Source of the DNA: Octopus vulgaris
Lineage: Eukaryota
Assembly (NCBI GenBank): GCA_951406725.2
Contig: OX597817.1
Location: 131,626,001 to 131,690,000 of the forward strand
Direction of reading: 5' to 3'
Length of the DNA stretch: 64,000 bases
Shown: positions 1 through 12,748 of the stretch, piece after piece
How the letters are laid out: each line of letters starts with the position of its first letter
Numbering within the stretch: the first letter of the stretch is position 1
The notes under the pieces: generated by a model
The model's database searches: none
What the model saw: only the letters and a program-made list of their open reading frames with translations
What the model was told of the DNA's origin: nothing
Made by a program: the position numbers and the translations under genes

Positions 1-129
1 CCTCAGGGCGGCTGGCTTTGGTCCCATCTTCCGCGGTTGAATCGCTGCCTTGTATAGCGACATCTGATCGGTAATTTGGGTGAACACTAGCGATTCCTTT
101 ATATATTTCTTTCTTTTTTTGTACACCAT

Positions 130-265
130 ACAGCCCAACGATCCCCATTGATCGAACCTTTTCTTTGTGTGTCCCACCGGTCCCACCTCGAAAAGAAAAA
201 AACTCTACATTGTATTTCGTCTATTTTCTGTGTTTAGCCCTGTGTGGCCATAATAAAAAGATATC
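130..265 (+). mobile_element. 3' end of a retroelement (probable LINE 3' UTR) followed by a (TATC)n-like tail
   Basis: Matches 37535-37690 (cgatccc.attgatc ... gaaaag..a.ctctacatt ... ctgtgtt.agcc.tgtgtggcca.taa). Both copies run into TATC-type repeats. Confidence 0.5.
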
Positions 266-1395
266 TAACTATCTGTCTGCCTGTCTGTCTGTCTATCTAT
301 ATACATATAAATATAGACGGATATATAGATAGATAGATTTACACACACATGTATGTATGCATGCATGTACGTATGTATGTGTAAACGTGATATGTGCGTT
401 TCTATGTAATAACTAATATAATGTGATTCTGTGAGATGCTATTTTTCATAAACACTGCATTGTATATCGATTTTATTTGACGGATGGATATACGTTGGAT
501 AAAATGAGAACTCATATAAAACTCGAAAACTAAGTTAACGATGCATTAAGTCATTAATCCACTAATAATTAATTTCATTCTTGTTCAACAATCATAAAAC
601 AGAGTTCTTAACGACCCACGTGGAGTTTTGCTGAATGTAAACAACATTGAACTCATGTGACAGAGTCTATAGTGACTGGCTTAGCGAATCTTGTGAAGAC
701 ATTAAGCAATCAACAGTTAGCAAATCTCTCCATGCAAGCAAATTTAGGTATACGCTCACACACACTCACACACTCACATTCACGCACGCACACTCTCGCG
801 CGCGCACTCCCGCGCGCACACACACATACTAACGTACGTACACGCAGGCACAGTCACACACACGCACGCACACACACGCACTAACACACGCGCACACACT
901 CACACACCTACGCACACACATACTCGCGCGCGCGCGCACACACATACTCGCGCGCGCGCGCACACACACATTCACACACACACTCACATACACAGCTACA
1001 TACTTAGATCTTTTATCTGTTACTTGCTTCAGCCATTAGACAGCGGACCTGCTGCAGCATTGCCTTGATGAAATTTAGTCGAATGAATCAACACTAGTGA
1101 TTATGTTTTTGGAAGCCTGGTTCCTATTCTATCGGTCACAAAAAATTAATTTACGAAGATATTAATTTTGTTATTATCTTGTGCCGAAGATGCTAAGGCT
1201 AATTTTGTCAGTACAGAAACCGCTGCATGTGAGTCCAAATACTTCAATGTATGCTGGGAGATTACCTTAATCTGATTAACCTTCGGTTGATTTCTGTAGT
1301 TATCATAAGTGTATTTTAGAGATTTAAATAAGAGTTTTAACTGTTATTTCCAGCAGGTAGACATACTTAATATATCCTTTGATTAATTATATATA

Positions 1396-1927
1396 TGGTG
1401 GCTGCCCCCTCATTAACAAGTATGGCCATTGCATGTGGCTTAATCAATGTTGTTATCGTGCAATGCCTGAGCAAGAAGATTTTTTTAAAGTGAGGAAAGG
1501 CTGTGCACTGAGTCAATCCCACTCACTAAGCAACATCAGCTATAATCCGAAAAGAAGAACAAGTCAACATCATCGGCAACTACTGAGCCGCAGGTTATAT
1601 GTCGGAGTTATCCCAGTTACCTGAGTTACCTTCTCCTAGAAGGATACCCTAACAAAGGCTAGGAGTCCTTCACTCTTAATGGTTTAACCGCACGATCGGG
1701 TATTCAGTCCAATTATTTCTATGTCCCCGCGCATGATACAGCCTTAAGACATTTATTGGAATGCCGTTGACTCTCAAGAGTTCCTCCGCCCTTTGACGGG
1801 TTTTGTTTTTCATCCCGCAGAGTGTCCAATAAACACCCTCCTCACCAAGCAAGCTTGGTGGGGTTGCCGACGACCCGACCATGCAACAGGTTACATGTTA
1901 CGAGTAGCACTCGAAAGTGCCCTGACA
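1396..1927 (-). mobile_element. Non-autonomous RTE-derived element (RTE 5' UTR joined to an RTE-like 3' end)
   Basis: Reverse-complement match to 46535-47107. Its 5' part (1780-1900) matches the start of the RTE copy at 27115-27290. No ORF. Confidence 0.7.
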
Positions 1928-1931
<4 letters not shown>

Positions 1932-1983
<52 letters not shown>

Positions 1984-2014
1984 TATGTATATATATGTAT
2001 GTATATATGTATAC

Positions 2015-2062
<48 letters not shown>

Positions 2063-2117
2063 GTATATATATGTATATATATGTATATATATGTATATAT
2101 ATATGTATATATATGTA

Positions 2118-2174
<57 letters not shown>

Positions 2175-2192
2175 GTGTGTGTGTGTGTGTGT
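1932..2192. repeat. (TA)n/(TATG)n/(TG)n microsatellite
   Basis: Direct inspection. Confidence 0.95.
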
Positions 2193-2196
2193 GCAT

Positions 2197-2719
2197 AATT
2201 GTTAAGCAGGACGTCAAACATTAAGGCAACGTAAACATCTCAAGTCCAATACAATATTATTACAGGAAGAAATTCAAAATCTTACAGCTGTTTCTGTGAT
2301 ATCCCTGAGTATGGGATATATTGTCATTAGAGACAAATTTGGGGAAAAGATGGATAACAAGAATGGTACATATCAATAAGATGACAATATAGAAGAGTAA
2401 TCCTCGTGGATCTACGCAGGATTACACCTAAGGACTCATGATTTAATTTCTATAACTTCGGAAAGTTGAACTATGAACTCTTATGCTTTCTTTTTCTTCT
2501 CTCTTTCCATCTCTTTATTCTTTTACCCTCTTCCTCTGTGTCGTCATCTCATTAATATTTTCGATATTGTTTCTCAAATTTTTCTTTGATTACGGAGTAT
2601 CCCATACTCGAGGATATCCCAGAATCAGCTGTAAGAGATTGAATTTCTTCCTGTGATAATATTGTATATGACTTGAAATGTTTTCTTTGCCGTAATGTTC
2701 GACGTCTTCTTTAACAATT
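2197..2719. repeat. Diverged inverted repeat (arms ~2197-2345 and ~2570-2719), probably Penelope-like termini, each with a decayed hammerhead motif
   Basis: aattgttaagcaggacgtcaaacatt...gggata is the approximate reverse complement of tatcccatac...gacgtcttctttaacaatt. Confidence 0.7.
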
Positions 2720-2896
2720 ACATATCCGCTGCATCGGAAACCTGCAATGACTCCCTAACTACCGTCTCGGCTATAACCTTGGAGTCCCAGTAATGCGTTG
2801 TAGCATTTACCAGGTGTACCTAATCGTTTAGATCACCCGTGAACTAAGCCCCCATAATTTGTATATATATATAAACACACACACACACACACACAT

Positions 2897-2972
<76 letters not shown>

Positions 2973-2977
<5 letters not shown>

Positions 2978-3014
2978 CTGACGAATCCACTAGAGTGGAT
3001 GCAAGCGCTATTAT
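2973..3014 (+). ncRNA. Degenerate minimal hammerhead ribozyme motif
   Basis: ataat-CTGACGA-ATCCAC taga GTGGAT-GCAA-GCGC-T-attat. Stem II is a perfect 6 bp and loop III is palindromic, but GAAA reads GCAA and the cleavage-site register is imperfect. Confidence 0.5.
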
Positions 3015-3092
3015 ATGATTTATAAAAACATGCGACATATTAATAAAAATCTGTAAATATAAAACCATCAAGATTTCTGAGTACCTTATTTC

Positions 3093-3151
<59 letters not shown>

Positions 3152-3251
3152 TGTATACTTACTTTGAAATGGATGCACAGCGTTCAATTAAATAATTATA
3201 TAAATAATATATATGCATATATACATATATGCACATATATATACATATATG

Positions 3252-3313
<62 letters not shown>

Positions 3314-3314
3314 T

Positions 3315-3710
3315 ATATGGGTCCAGACAGTCACCAACTGTAAACAACATGAAATACGAAAACAAACATATTAAAAGTCAAACAACTCATTTCGAGCATT
3401 CAACGACAATATGAGTCTTCGAAAAAAGTTGATCCCATAACTTCCAAAATAAAATTTTGTATTTCTGGAGGTCAAAGTTGGGATCAAAAGCAGGTCAGTG
3501 GAGACATACAAGGAAACCGAACGAAATCAAACATGGAGGATCGTTAGACTAGAACGAGGGAAAATAGTGAACGCTGACAGAAATATTTTCTTTGAAATGA
3601 GAAATGATAGAAGAGAGATAGAAGACATCCAGTCCTTAGGAAGTCGTTCGGGAAAAGAATGATGGTCACGCGAGGAAAAGAAAGATGGATGAAGGTCACG
3701 CGTGAGTAAC

Positions 3711-3720
<10 letters not shown>
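3315..3720 (-). mobile_element. Dispersed repeat beside (TA)n, related to 23275-23605 and 39345-39665 (probable Penelope-like terminus)
   Basis: The reverse complement shares the tttgt..ttcg ... cc.gt.cccatatatgc end and an atattgt.gtt.aatgctcgaaa segment with the other two copies. Confidence 0.5.
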
Positions 3721-3764
<44 letters not shown>

Positions 3765-3859
3765 GAAAGAACGAGAGAGAGGGACAGACAAACAGAAAAC
3801 AGTGAAGGGAAGAAAAGGGGAATTAGGGAATGAAAGGGGAGAAAACAGTATAGAGTAGA

Positions 3860-4021
3860 GTCGCATCAAAAAGGTTAAGATAAACTTGTTTTTAGAATTA
3901 AATTTTATTAGGAATTATATTAAAAAATTGTGAAGACAGTTTGTGTATCGCGGAAGTATAAATTAATTTATGACATATTTTAACAAGAAAATCTTAGACA
4001 GATGCCTGTTGAGAACCACTG
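3860..4021 (-). mobile_element. Partial hAT-type MITE (same family as 10092-10350)
   Basis: Ends in gttgagaaccactg (a CAGTGGTTCTCAAC-type TIR). The interior resembles the reverse complement of 10130-10240. Confidence 0.55.
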
Positions 4022-4596
4022 CTGTCGCTGAAATTCCCAAATAGTCGTTCTGGAGAAGATTTACGTAGAAGCGACGATGTTCTTGGTGAAAAGCTGGCTG
4101 TCAATAAAAATGACTTGTTAGTTTATTCCGATTGATTTTCTGGCCAAGGCCTATGTATGGCCGGTTTGAAATAAACTCTACAAGTATACAAGTGCAATCC
4201 AAGGTCAATTAAAGAGTTCGGCCCACTTTCGTCCAGTGCTCAAACACTTGAGGTGGACCTTAAATTCTCTGTTACACAAATGAGTGTTTCTGTAGTATAT
4301 AATGTTTGTATGTGTATGTGTATAAATTGTAGAATTATTTAATGCTGCTTGTATTTTGAAAAAGATTGTTGTGACAGTGACTTCGAAGCTTCAGCCTACT
4401 AGTCTTCGACGGACGAAAGCTAGCGAGCATTCCCTCCCTTCTAAATGAATATGTGTACGTGTATGTTTTCGTGAGTGGGTGTTTGTGTATGCGCATGCGC
4501 ATGTGAGTATTTGTGTGAGAGTGTGTGTGTGTACATGTGTGTGTGCGTGAGTATGTGAGTGTGTGTGTATACATATATGCATTAGAGTTCTACAGT

Positions 4597-4968
4597 GGAG
4601 GTGCAACGGCCCAGTGGTTAAGACAGCGGACTCGCGGTCATAGGAACGCTGTTTCGATTCCCAGACCGGGCGTTGTGAGTGTTTATTGAGCGAAAACACC
4701 TAAAGCTCCACCAGGCTCCGGCAAGGGATGGTGGTGAACTCTGCTGTATTCTTTTACTACAACTTTCTCTGACTCTTTCTTCTTGTTTCTGTTGTAATTG
4801 TATTTCAAAGGGTCACACTCTATGTCACGCTGAATCTCGCCGAGAACTACGTTAAGGGTAGACGCGTCTGTGGAGTGTTCAGCCACGTGCACGTTAATTT
4901 CAGGAGCAGGCTGTTCCGATAATCGCATCAACTGGAACCCTCGTCGTCGTAACCGACGGAGTGCCACA
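4597..4968 (+). mobile_element. tRNA-derived SINE (family B)
   Basis: A-box cggcccagtggtt and B-box-like tttcgattccc. The head is shared with 9724 and the tail with 8200-8345. Confidence 0.75.
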
Positions 4969-5419
4969 AGTGTTCTGCAAACAATTTTAAGTATCTGAAC
5001 GTATTAGTTATCAATGAATTAAGTCAATATTGATTAAACGTGGTCTTTGCTGCCGTCTCGATTCGAAAGAATAAACAACACTTCGTGAACAGCACGTCTT
5101 TCAATGGAGGGAAAAATCAAGATGGAATCAACAGTCGTATCAATGACACACTTTCAGCACAATTGTTCCCTAACACCTGAATAGACTTAGCAGCTCTTCT
5201 CAAGTCTAGACGAAACGTCATTGACCGTAAGAGCTACAGAAACAAAGAAGGAAATAAAACAGAAGATGCAACAAAATCTTTTCCTGTTGTGTGTGAAGAT
5301 AGCGAAGAATTGTAAAGAGCGAAAACAACAACAACAAAAACAAACAAACAAACAAACAAATAAATATGATGCTTCTTATCTGATGCACTTCAACGGCAAT
5401 TTCCCACCGGCTGAAATCC

Positions 5420-5515
5420 ATATCATAATCATTGTCATCGTCATCCCCGTCGTCATTCTCATCGTCATCATCATCGTCGTCATCGTCATCATCATCATCA
5501 TAGTCGTCGCCGTCG

Positions 5516-5558
<43 letters not shown>

Positions 5559-5587
5559 CGTCATCGTCATCCTCGTCATCATCATCA

Positions 5588-5618
<31 letters not shown>

Positions 5619-5660
5619 CGTCGTCTCCGTCATCATCATCATCATAACTAGCAGCAGCAG
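5420..5660. repeat. (CAT)n/(CGT)n microsatellite
   Basis: Direct inspection. Confidence 0.95.
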
Positions 5661-5739
5661 CTGAAATCTATAACGGCATCACATTTCACTTAATATCACT
5701 TTATATATCTTTTTTTATTCTATTTATATATCTTTTATT

Positions 5740-5870
5740 GAGCTCAAGACACAAGGCCCGAAATTTTTTTTTGGGGGAGGGGTCAAGTCGATTAGATCGA
5801 CCCCAGTACGCAACAGGTACTTAATTTATTGACTCCGAAAGGATGAAAGGCAAAGGCGGCCTCGGCGGAA
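5740..5870 (-). mobile_element. SINE family A fragment (tail type B)
   Basis: Core cgaaaggatgaaaggcaaag..g.cctcggcggaa shared with more than 15 copies in the window. Confidence 0.8.
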
Positions 5871-6040
5871 AAGCAGAAGCCGCAGTTATGGCAACGAATG
5901 AGTCTAACTACTTACACTCTGAGACCGCTCGGTTCCAACAACAACATGCTAGTACTTATTCCATCGGTCGCTTTTGCCGAACCACTAAGTTACGGGCACG
6001 TAAACACACCAACATCGAGATAAACCTAGACACGCAAACA

Positions 6041-6065
<25 letters not shown>

Positions 6066-6079
<14 letters not shown>

Positions 6080-6278
6080 AAATGAAGAAAATGCTGACAA
6101 ATAATTGAAGTAATTTAAGTAATTTAATTAGGTGAAAGTTCTTTTACCGGTTGCGCATTTGTTATGCTTATCAAAATATAACAAATGCGCAACCGGTAAA
6201 AAGAACTTTCACCTAATTAAATTACTTAAATTACTTCAATTATTTGTCAGCATTTTCTTCATTTCCTTTTTTATATAT
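6066..6278. repeat. Near-perfect hairpin with ~100-bp arms and a 12-nt spacer
   Basis: 6066-6165 is the reverse complement of 6178-6278 apart from one homopolymer indel; the spacer is gcttatcaaaat. Confidence 0.95.
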
Positions 6279-6307
6279 CACCACTCGTGTTCGACATCTC
6301 CTTTTTT

Positions 6308-6353
<46 letters not shown>

Positions 6354-6356
<3 letters not shown>

Positions 6357-6514
6357 GACGGGCTTTAAGTTTCCGTCTAGCAAATCCACTCACAAGGCTT
6401 CGGTCGGCCCGAGGCTATAGTAGAAACACTTGCTCAAGGTGCCACGGAATGGGACTGAACCCGGAACCATGTGATGGGTAAGCAAGCTCCTCACCACACA
6501 GCCACGCTTGTGCC
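6354..6514 (-). mobile_element. tRNA-derived CORE-like SINE (family C) head
   Basis: The reverse complement has A-box gtggctgtgtggt, B-box gggttcagtccc, then gcaccttgagcaagtg (CORE-like). Other copies at 12800, 31310, 45260 and 45865. Confidence 0.8.
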
Positions 6515-6548
<34 letters not shown>

Positions 6549-6734
6549 ATGAACAGTGTTTTGAGAATTGTGACGGCAGTTACTGTCAACATAATTTCGT
6601 TTGATAAGTCTTATTCTTGAAATAACTGCAATACTGAATACGTACACAGCTTCCTCGGAGACATTTTCCGATGACGACCTGACAGTTACCAAATCCCAAA
6701 TTCAGTCAATATAAATTCATATGCATGTACCTAC

Positions 6735-8015
6735 GTCTCTTCTTTTTAATTATTATAAAACTTCCAACAAAGATACAAGGCTTCATCACTGGGATGTAGT
6801 TAACATAACAAAGACAAATTCACATTTGGAACTTGAGAAAAGTCTTGAATATTCTTACTGTTCCACTCACAGACTGTACTTGTAATGTACGAATCAGCCG
6901 GTCGAGTTCTCTTTCTGAAAATCCCAGTTTATCCAGATTCTCCTTTAAGCATTTACTAACAAAACCTAGTGCTCCGATTATTATTGATATGAATATGAAT
7001 TCATAGTCTGGATATAGAAACTGGAGGTTTCAAAGCAGTTGTCCATAGATATCCACTTTTTCATATCTGCAGGGCAGTTGACCTTTATGATGGTGCATAC
7101 CTTTGCCCTTCTGTCCCAAGCGACAATATCCGGTCTGCTATGTTTACATTTGACAGACATTTTGATACTCCATCAACATTCCTTGAGTTGGTGTTCATTA
7201 ATGTATTCCATGACAGAAGGGGTTTTCTAAGTTTATTTCAAGACAGTCTTTTCTGTGGATGCCATTGTAAATTGTTTTAGCAACAACATCGTGCCGCATA
7301 GGGAGGTAGTACCCTGACAACATTTTAGGACAGCTGCTAATCACATGCGTGATGTCTTCCACAAGAAACATGACATGACCTACATATGCCTACACATGAC
7401 ATAGCCTGCGGTTGCATTTTGGGATTATAAGAGCGTCCCTGTCTTTCTTATTCACCAGGTACTTTGTGGCCATCTCTTGTTCCTGGATTGCAAATGCATA
7501 ACCTTCAAAGTGTGATGTGATGTAGTGGTCTTGTGTCCGAGAAAGGCTGCGCTTCCTGTCAATTCTACTGTCTTCTTCATGCAAGGCCTTTCTTTTTGTA
7601 TGCTGAGTGCTTTCAACCCAGGACTTTTCTGAGGTAAGAGAGCCCAGCTGTTTTGGGGCGGTATAGGAGATCATCAAGAAGGGAGTGTTTCTTGAGGAGT
7701 TCACTGCCAACTCGTACAATGTTGCTCACTTCACTTTACAGTACTGCATTAATATATTTAATTTTGCTGCTGTTGTTTAGCAGGTGCTGCCTGAGTGATA
7801 CCATACAGCATTCGAAGGCCGTCTGCACTGATCTGAGGCCTCTACCACCTTCATTTCTTCTTAGGTAGAGCCTGTCTGCATCACTGCTTCTGTGGAAGTT
7901 GCCAGTTGTTGTCAGGATTTTTTCGGGTTTTGATATCTATGGAATGGATTTCCTCTACAGATCAATCAAGTATCCCAAATGTTGGGATCAGCACTGGTAC
8001 TGCAAATGCATTGTG
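6735..8015 (-). mobile_element. Decayed R4/Dong-like RLE non-LTR retrotransposon, 3' part
   Basis: Minus-strand translation gives HFEGYAFAIQEQEMATK, then EDITHVISSC (CCHC knuckle), RHD and RPDI motifs, with frameshifts and stops. Confidence 0.8.
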
Positions 8016-8041
8016 GGATATGTATGTATGTATGTATGTGA

Positions 8042-8345
8042 AGGGACGTGGCTTAGTGGTTAGGTTATTTGGCTCACGATCGTCATGACGTGAGCTCAAG
8101 TCTCAGCGGCACGTTATGTCCTTGAGCAAGGTCACTTCATTTAATGTTGCTCCAGTTCCCTAAGCTAATAAAAATGAGCTGTACCTATAATTCAAAGGGG
8201 CCAGCCTTGTCACATTCTGTGTCACGCTGAAGGGTATGAGCCTCTGTGGAGTACTCAGCCACTTGCATGTTAATTTGACAAACAGGCTGTTCCGTTGATC
8301 GGGTAAACTGAAACACTCATCGTCGAAAACGATGGAGTACCAGTT
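8042..8345 (+). mobile_element. tRNA-derived CORE-like SINE
   Basis: A-box gtggcttagtggtt, CORE-like gtccttgagcaaggtcactt, and a tail shared with 4800-4968. Confidence 0.7.
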
Positions 8346-8725
8346 CGTGCCTGCCTCTCCGTATGTGTGTCGGTGTGTGTCTCTTTGTATGTGTGTGTGT
8401 GTGTGTGTGTGCGTGTGTGTGTGTAAGCGCGCTTGCGTGTGTGTATAAAGATAAGAATAAAGAGAATAAAATGCACATTCCCTTTTACATTTTAGCTAAT
8501 TGCAAAGTAAAAATTTTACAGTCATATTATTTCAAAATACGTCTTGAGAAACGGGCCATCATAATCAACTTATTTTCAAATGCATTATTACATATTTCAA
8601 AATGTCATATCATATATCCACAAGAGAGTACTGCAATCAAATTATTTCAAGATTACGTATTCCAAATCGGTTTCACATCTTCTAGCGTACATCCATTGCA
8701 GTGTATGTGCAATGTGTGTACACGT

Positions 8726-8777
<52 letters not shown>

Positions 8778-9723
8778 ATACATACACAATTCTCTCTCTA
8801 TCACTCTTTCTCGCTTTCTCTCTCTTCTCCCTCTCTTTCTCTCTCTTCTCCCTCTCTTTCTCTCTCTCTCTCTCAATATACATAGATAGATACATAGATA
8901 TATGATATACATGCATAAATATGTATGTAGGAACGTTTGTATGTATGATTGTATGTATGTATGTATATATATATGTGTATATATATATATATATATATAG
9001 TTTGATTTCCTATAAAGGTAAGATCAACAAAAAGTAATTCCATCCGGTAAGGGATAAATATTGTTTAATGTACATTAGATATATACCTACACACACACAC
9101 ACACACACACTTACACATATATATATATACATGAACTACAGATAGTTTCAGACATTGGTGGTATTTTCTAGGCAGGTGTCAATAACATGCCTCGTGTCTC
9201 CCAGCATTCGTAAGGCTCTGAGCAGAGAATACATTCAAGTTACTCGTTTAGGCAAAATTTTCTTTTTTATTCATGCGATGCAACAGCGATTAGGATATTC
9301 ACGTTCGAATATCCCAGAACGCATTAACAATGACTTGGTAAGCCATTATAATAATGTAAATATTTCATATAATTTGATTTCTTTTTACAGGTTGATAATG
9401 CATTTACTCATCATTTTGCCCAGCATCAAGTCCTTTTGCACATGCGTATTTATATTTACCGGAAATTAGGGTTTCTTTTATCTCTTATAATTTCGTTTAC
9501 TGCTGCCGTTGCTATTGTTCAAACTCCTTCCAAAGTTAACCATTACTGCATTTTATGTAACCATAACCCTTACACCTACATAATAGGCATACAAACATGT
9601 CACTTTTACTTATCTGTTTGCAGATATACTCGTCTATGTTTTTATACGCATAAAATCTAGTAGCTTCAAAGAGCTGAAACAAGTAAATTGCATAACATTA
9701 GTGTTTGATACTTCGTTTAATGT

Positions 9724-10005
9724 GGAGGGATATGTCCTCGTGGTTAGAACAGCGGACTCGCGGTGGAGGGATCGCGGGATCGAATCCCAAACTGAGTGAT
9801 GTGTGTGTTTATGAGCGAAACACCTAAGCTCCACGCGAACTTCTACTGACTCTTTCGTCACAACTTTCACTCTTTCCTCCTGAATCTTGCAGCTCACCTG
9901 CGACAGACCGGCGTCCCATCCAGGTGGGGAATCTATACGCCAATGAAACAGGGAAACCGGCCCTTATCAGCCAAGCATGGCTCGAGAAGGAACTAGCAGC
10001 AACAA
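9724..10005 (+). mobile_element. tRNA-derived SINE (family B head, different tail)
   Basis: gtggttagaacagcggactcgcgg...gatcgaatccc matches the 4597 head; ends in short (AGC)/(AAC) repeats. Confidence 0.7.
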
Positions 10006-10091
10006 CACTGCATTTAATACCTATCGGCGACCTGCCAAGGCGAAATCTTGTTCACCCAGTGTTATGATGTAAACGAACCTACATCATAGAC

Positions 10092-10350
10092 CAGCGGTCC
10101 TCAATCGAAAGCTTATGACTTTCGGGGTTAATATAAGATTTTATTGTTAACATTTCTGTGCAATAAATTTCTTCTACTTCTACAATACACAAAATATTTC
10201 AAGATTCTTCATACAATTCCTAATAATATTTAATTATGAGAATATGATGGATTTTTTTTATATACTCTGAATGACGGTAGAGGTCCAGTAGAGTAAAACA
10301 GGATTCAAAAGCGTTCATGGACAAAAAAAAAAAATGGTTGAGAACAACTG
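10092..10350. mobile_element. hAT (Charlie-like) MITE
   Basis: TIRs cagcggtcctcaatc / ggttgagaacaactg; 8-bp flanks tcatagac / tcaaagat match at 6 of 8 positions, consistent with an aged TSD. Confidence 0.75.
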
Positions 10351-10521
10351 TCAAAGATGGATAGGCACAGGAAACTTATTTATTTCTTGGCAAGTCGAAA
10401 ATAAAATGTACAGGTGTAATCGATTTTCTACCTTTATCGGGGTCTCATCAGATGGGTGAACACCATTTCACCAAACCTAGAGATATATAATTACATTATT
10501 ATTTCTTTTTACACTCATTAT

Positions 10522-10918
10522 TTCTTTTTACACTCTAGGCACAAGGCCCAAAATTTTTGGGGAAGGGTCCAGTCGATTAGATCGACCCCAGTACGCAACT
10601 GGTACTTAATTTATCGACCCCGAAAGAATGAAAGGCAAAGTCGACCTCGGCGGAAATTGAATCAAGAACGTGAGGACAAACGAAATACCTATTTCTTTAC
10701 TACCAACAAGGGGCTAAACACAGAGGACAAACAAGGACAGACAAACGGATTAAGTCGATTATATCGACTCCAGTGCGTAACTGGTACTTATTTAATCGAC
10801 TCCGAAAGGATGAAAGGCAAAGTCGACCTCGGCGGAAATTGAACCCAGAATGTGAAGACAGACGAAATACGGCTACGCATTTCGCTCGACGTGCTAACGA
10901 TTCTGCCAACTCACCGCA
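10522..10918 (-). mobile_element. SINE family A dimer (head + unit A + unit B)
   Basis: Two cores joined at gaaatacc|tatttctttac; tRNA-like head at 10870-10918. Confidence 0.85.
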
Positions 10919-11432
10919 TCAAATATGGTCATACATTATGCAATATGTATGATCATATTGGTGTATAGCTCCCATATCTTCAAAGATTCTAGGATGTTCT
11001 TGACATGAATTTTGGTTATTATTTCTAGCAGATCGAGTGACCAAATAGCTTGATAAATACTACTATCATCTAATCGGTGTTAGTAGATTATTAGAACCTA
11101 GAAACTATGGCTACAATACTTCAGTCGAGGACACCGCTACTGTTGTGGCGGCTTCATTAGATTACCTTATTTTTTCTTTTATTTCTTGTAGTCACCGCCC
11201 CGCCCCCAGCCACTAAATAACTCCATCCCAGTTTGATATTGATAAGCTGTAGAATATTACGTTCATTTTTGCTTCAGTAAATCAGTGTATTTGGTGTTTG
11301 TTGGTGCCATCTCTCCATTCTTTGCTCTTATTTTTCTCTTTCAGAAAACCAAGATGTCGCTGTGAGCTTTGTTATTTCAATATCAAATGGAACTTGAGGA
11401 TTATTTGTTTTCCGTGCGTTTAGAGAGCGTAC

Positions 11433-11980
<548 letters not shown>

Positions 11981-12254
11981 CGTTTTGCAATTCCCAATTT
12001 GTAATTTTCTTTTTATTCTTTCAGCTCTGACCATACTCTTATGATTGTTCGTAATCTCTTCCTTCTGGTATTTCGCAATCATTTCCTGTCTATATTTGCT
12101 GTACTTAATGGATCGTTTTCCTGCTGAATCTTATTATTTACTCGGCGCACTTTTCTCTTCAACCACTCACAATTTGCCCAATAACTTTACAGACTTTAAA
12201 TTTCCCTGTTTTTTTTTTTCCCCCTGCGACTAATTTATTTTCTTTGAGTAACTT

Positions 12255-12704
12255 ATTCTTTTATTCTTTTACTTGTTTCAGTCATTTGACTACGGCCATG
12301 CTGGGGCAAAGGCTTTTGTCGAACAGATCGACCCCACGACTTATTCTTTGTAAGCCTAGTACTTATTCTATTCTATAGATCTCCTTTTGCCGAACCGCTA
12401 ATTTTCGGGGACGTAAATGCACCAACATCGGTCGTCAAACGATGGTGGGAGGGCAAACACAGACACACAAACAGATACACACACATACATATATATGTAT
12501 ATATATTTTATCTGTAGTTTCAGCTCAAAGCTGCGACCATGTATACATATATTCTTTTATTCTTTTATTTGTTTCAATCATTTGACTGCGGCCATGTTGG
12601 AGCACCGCCTTGTACTTATTCTGTCGGTCTCTTTTGTCGAACCGGTAAGTTACGGGGACATAAAGACACCAACATCGGTCGTCAAACGATGGTGGGAGGA
12701 CAAA

Positions 12705-12748
<44 letters not shown>

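Noticed and set aside
4597-4675. Functional tRNA genes at SINE heads (also 9724, 30260-30333, 43931)
   Set aside because: The cloverleaf pairing is incomplete and each head continues into a SINE body
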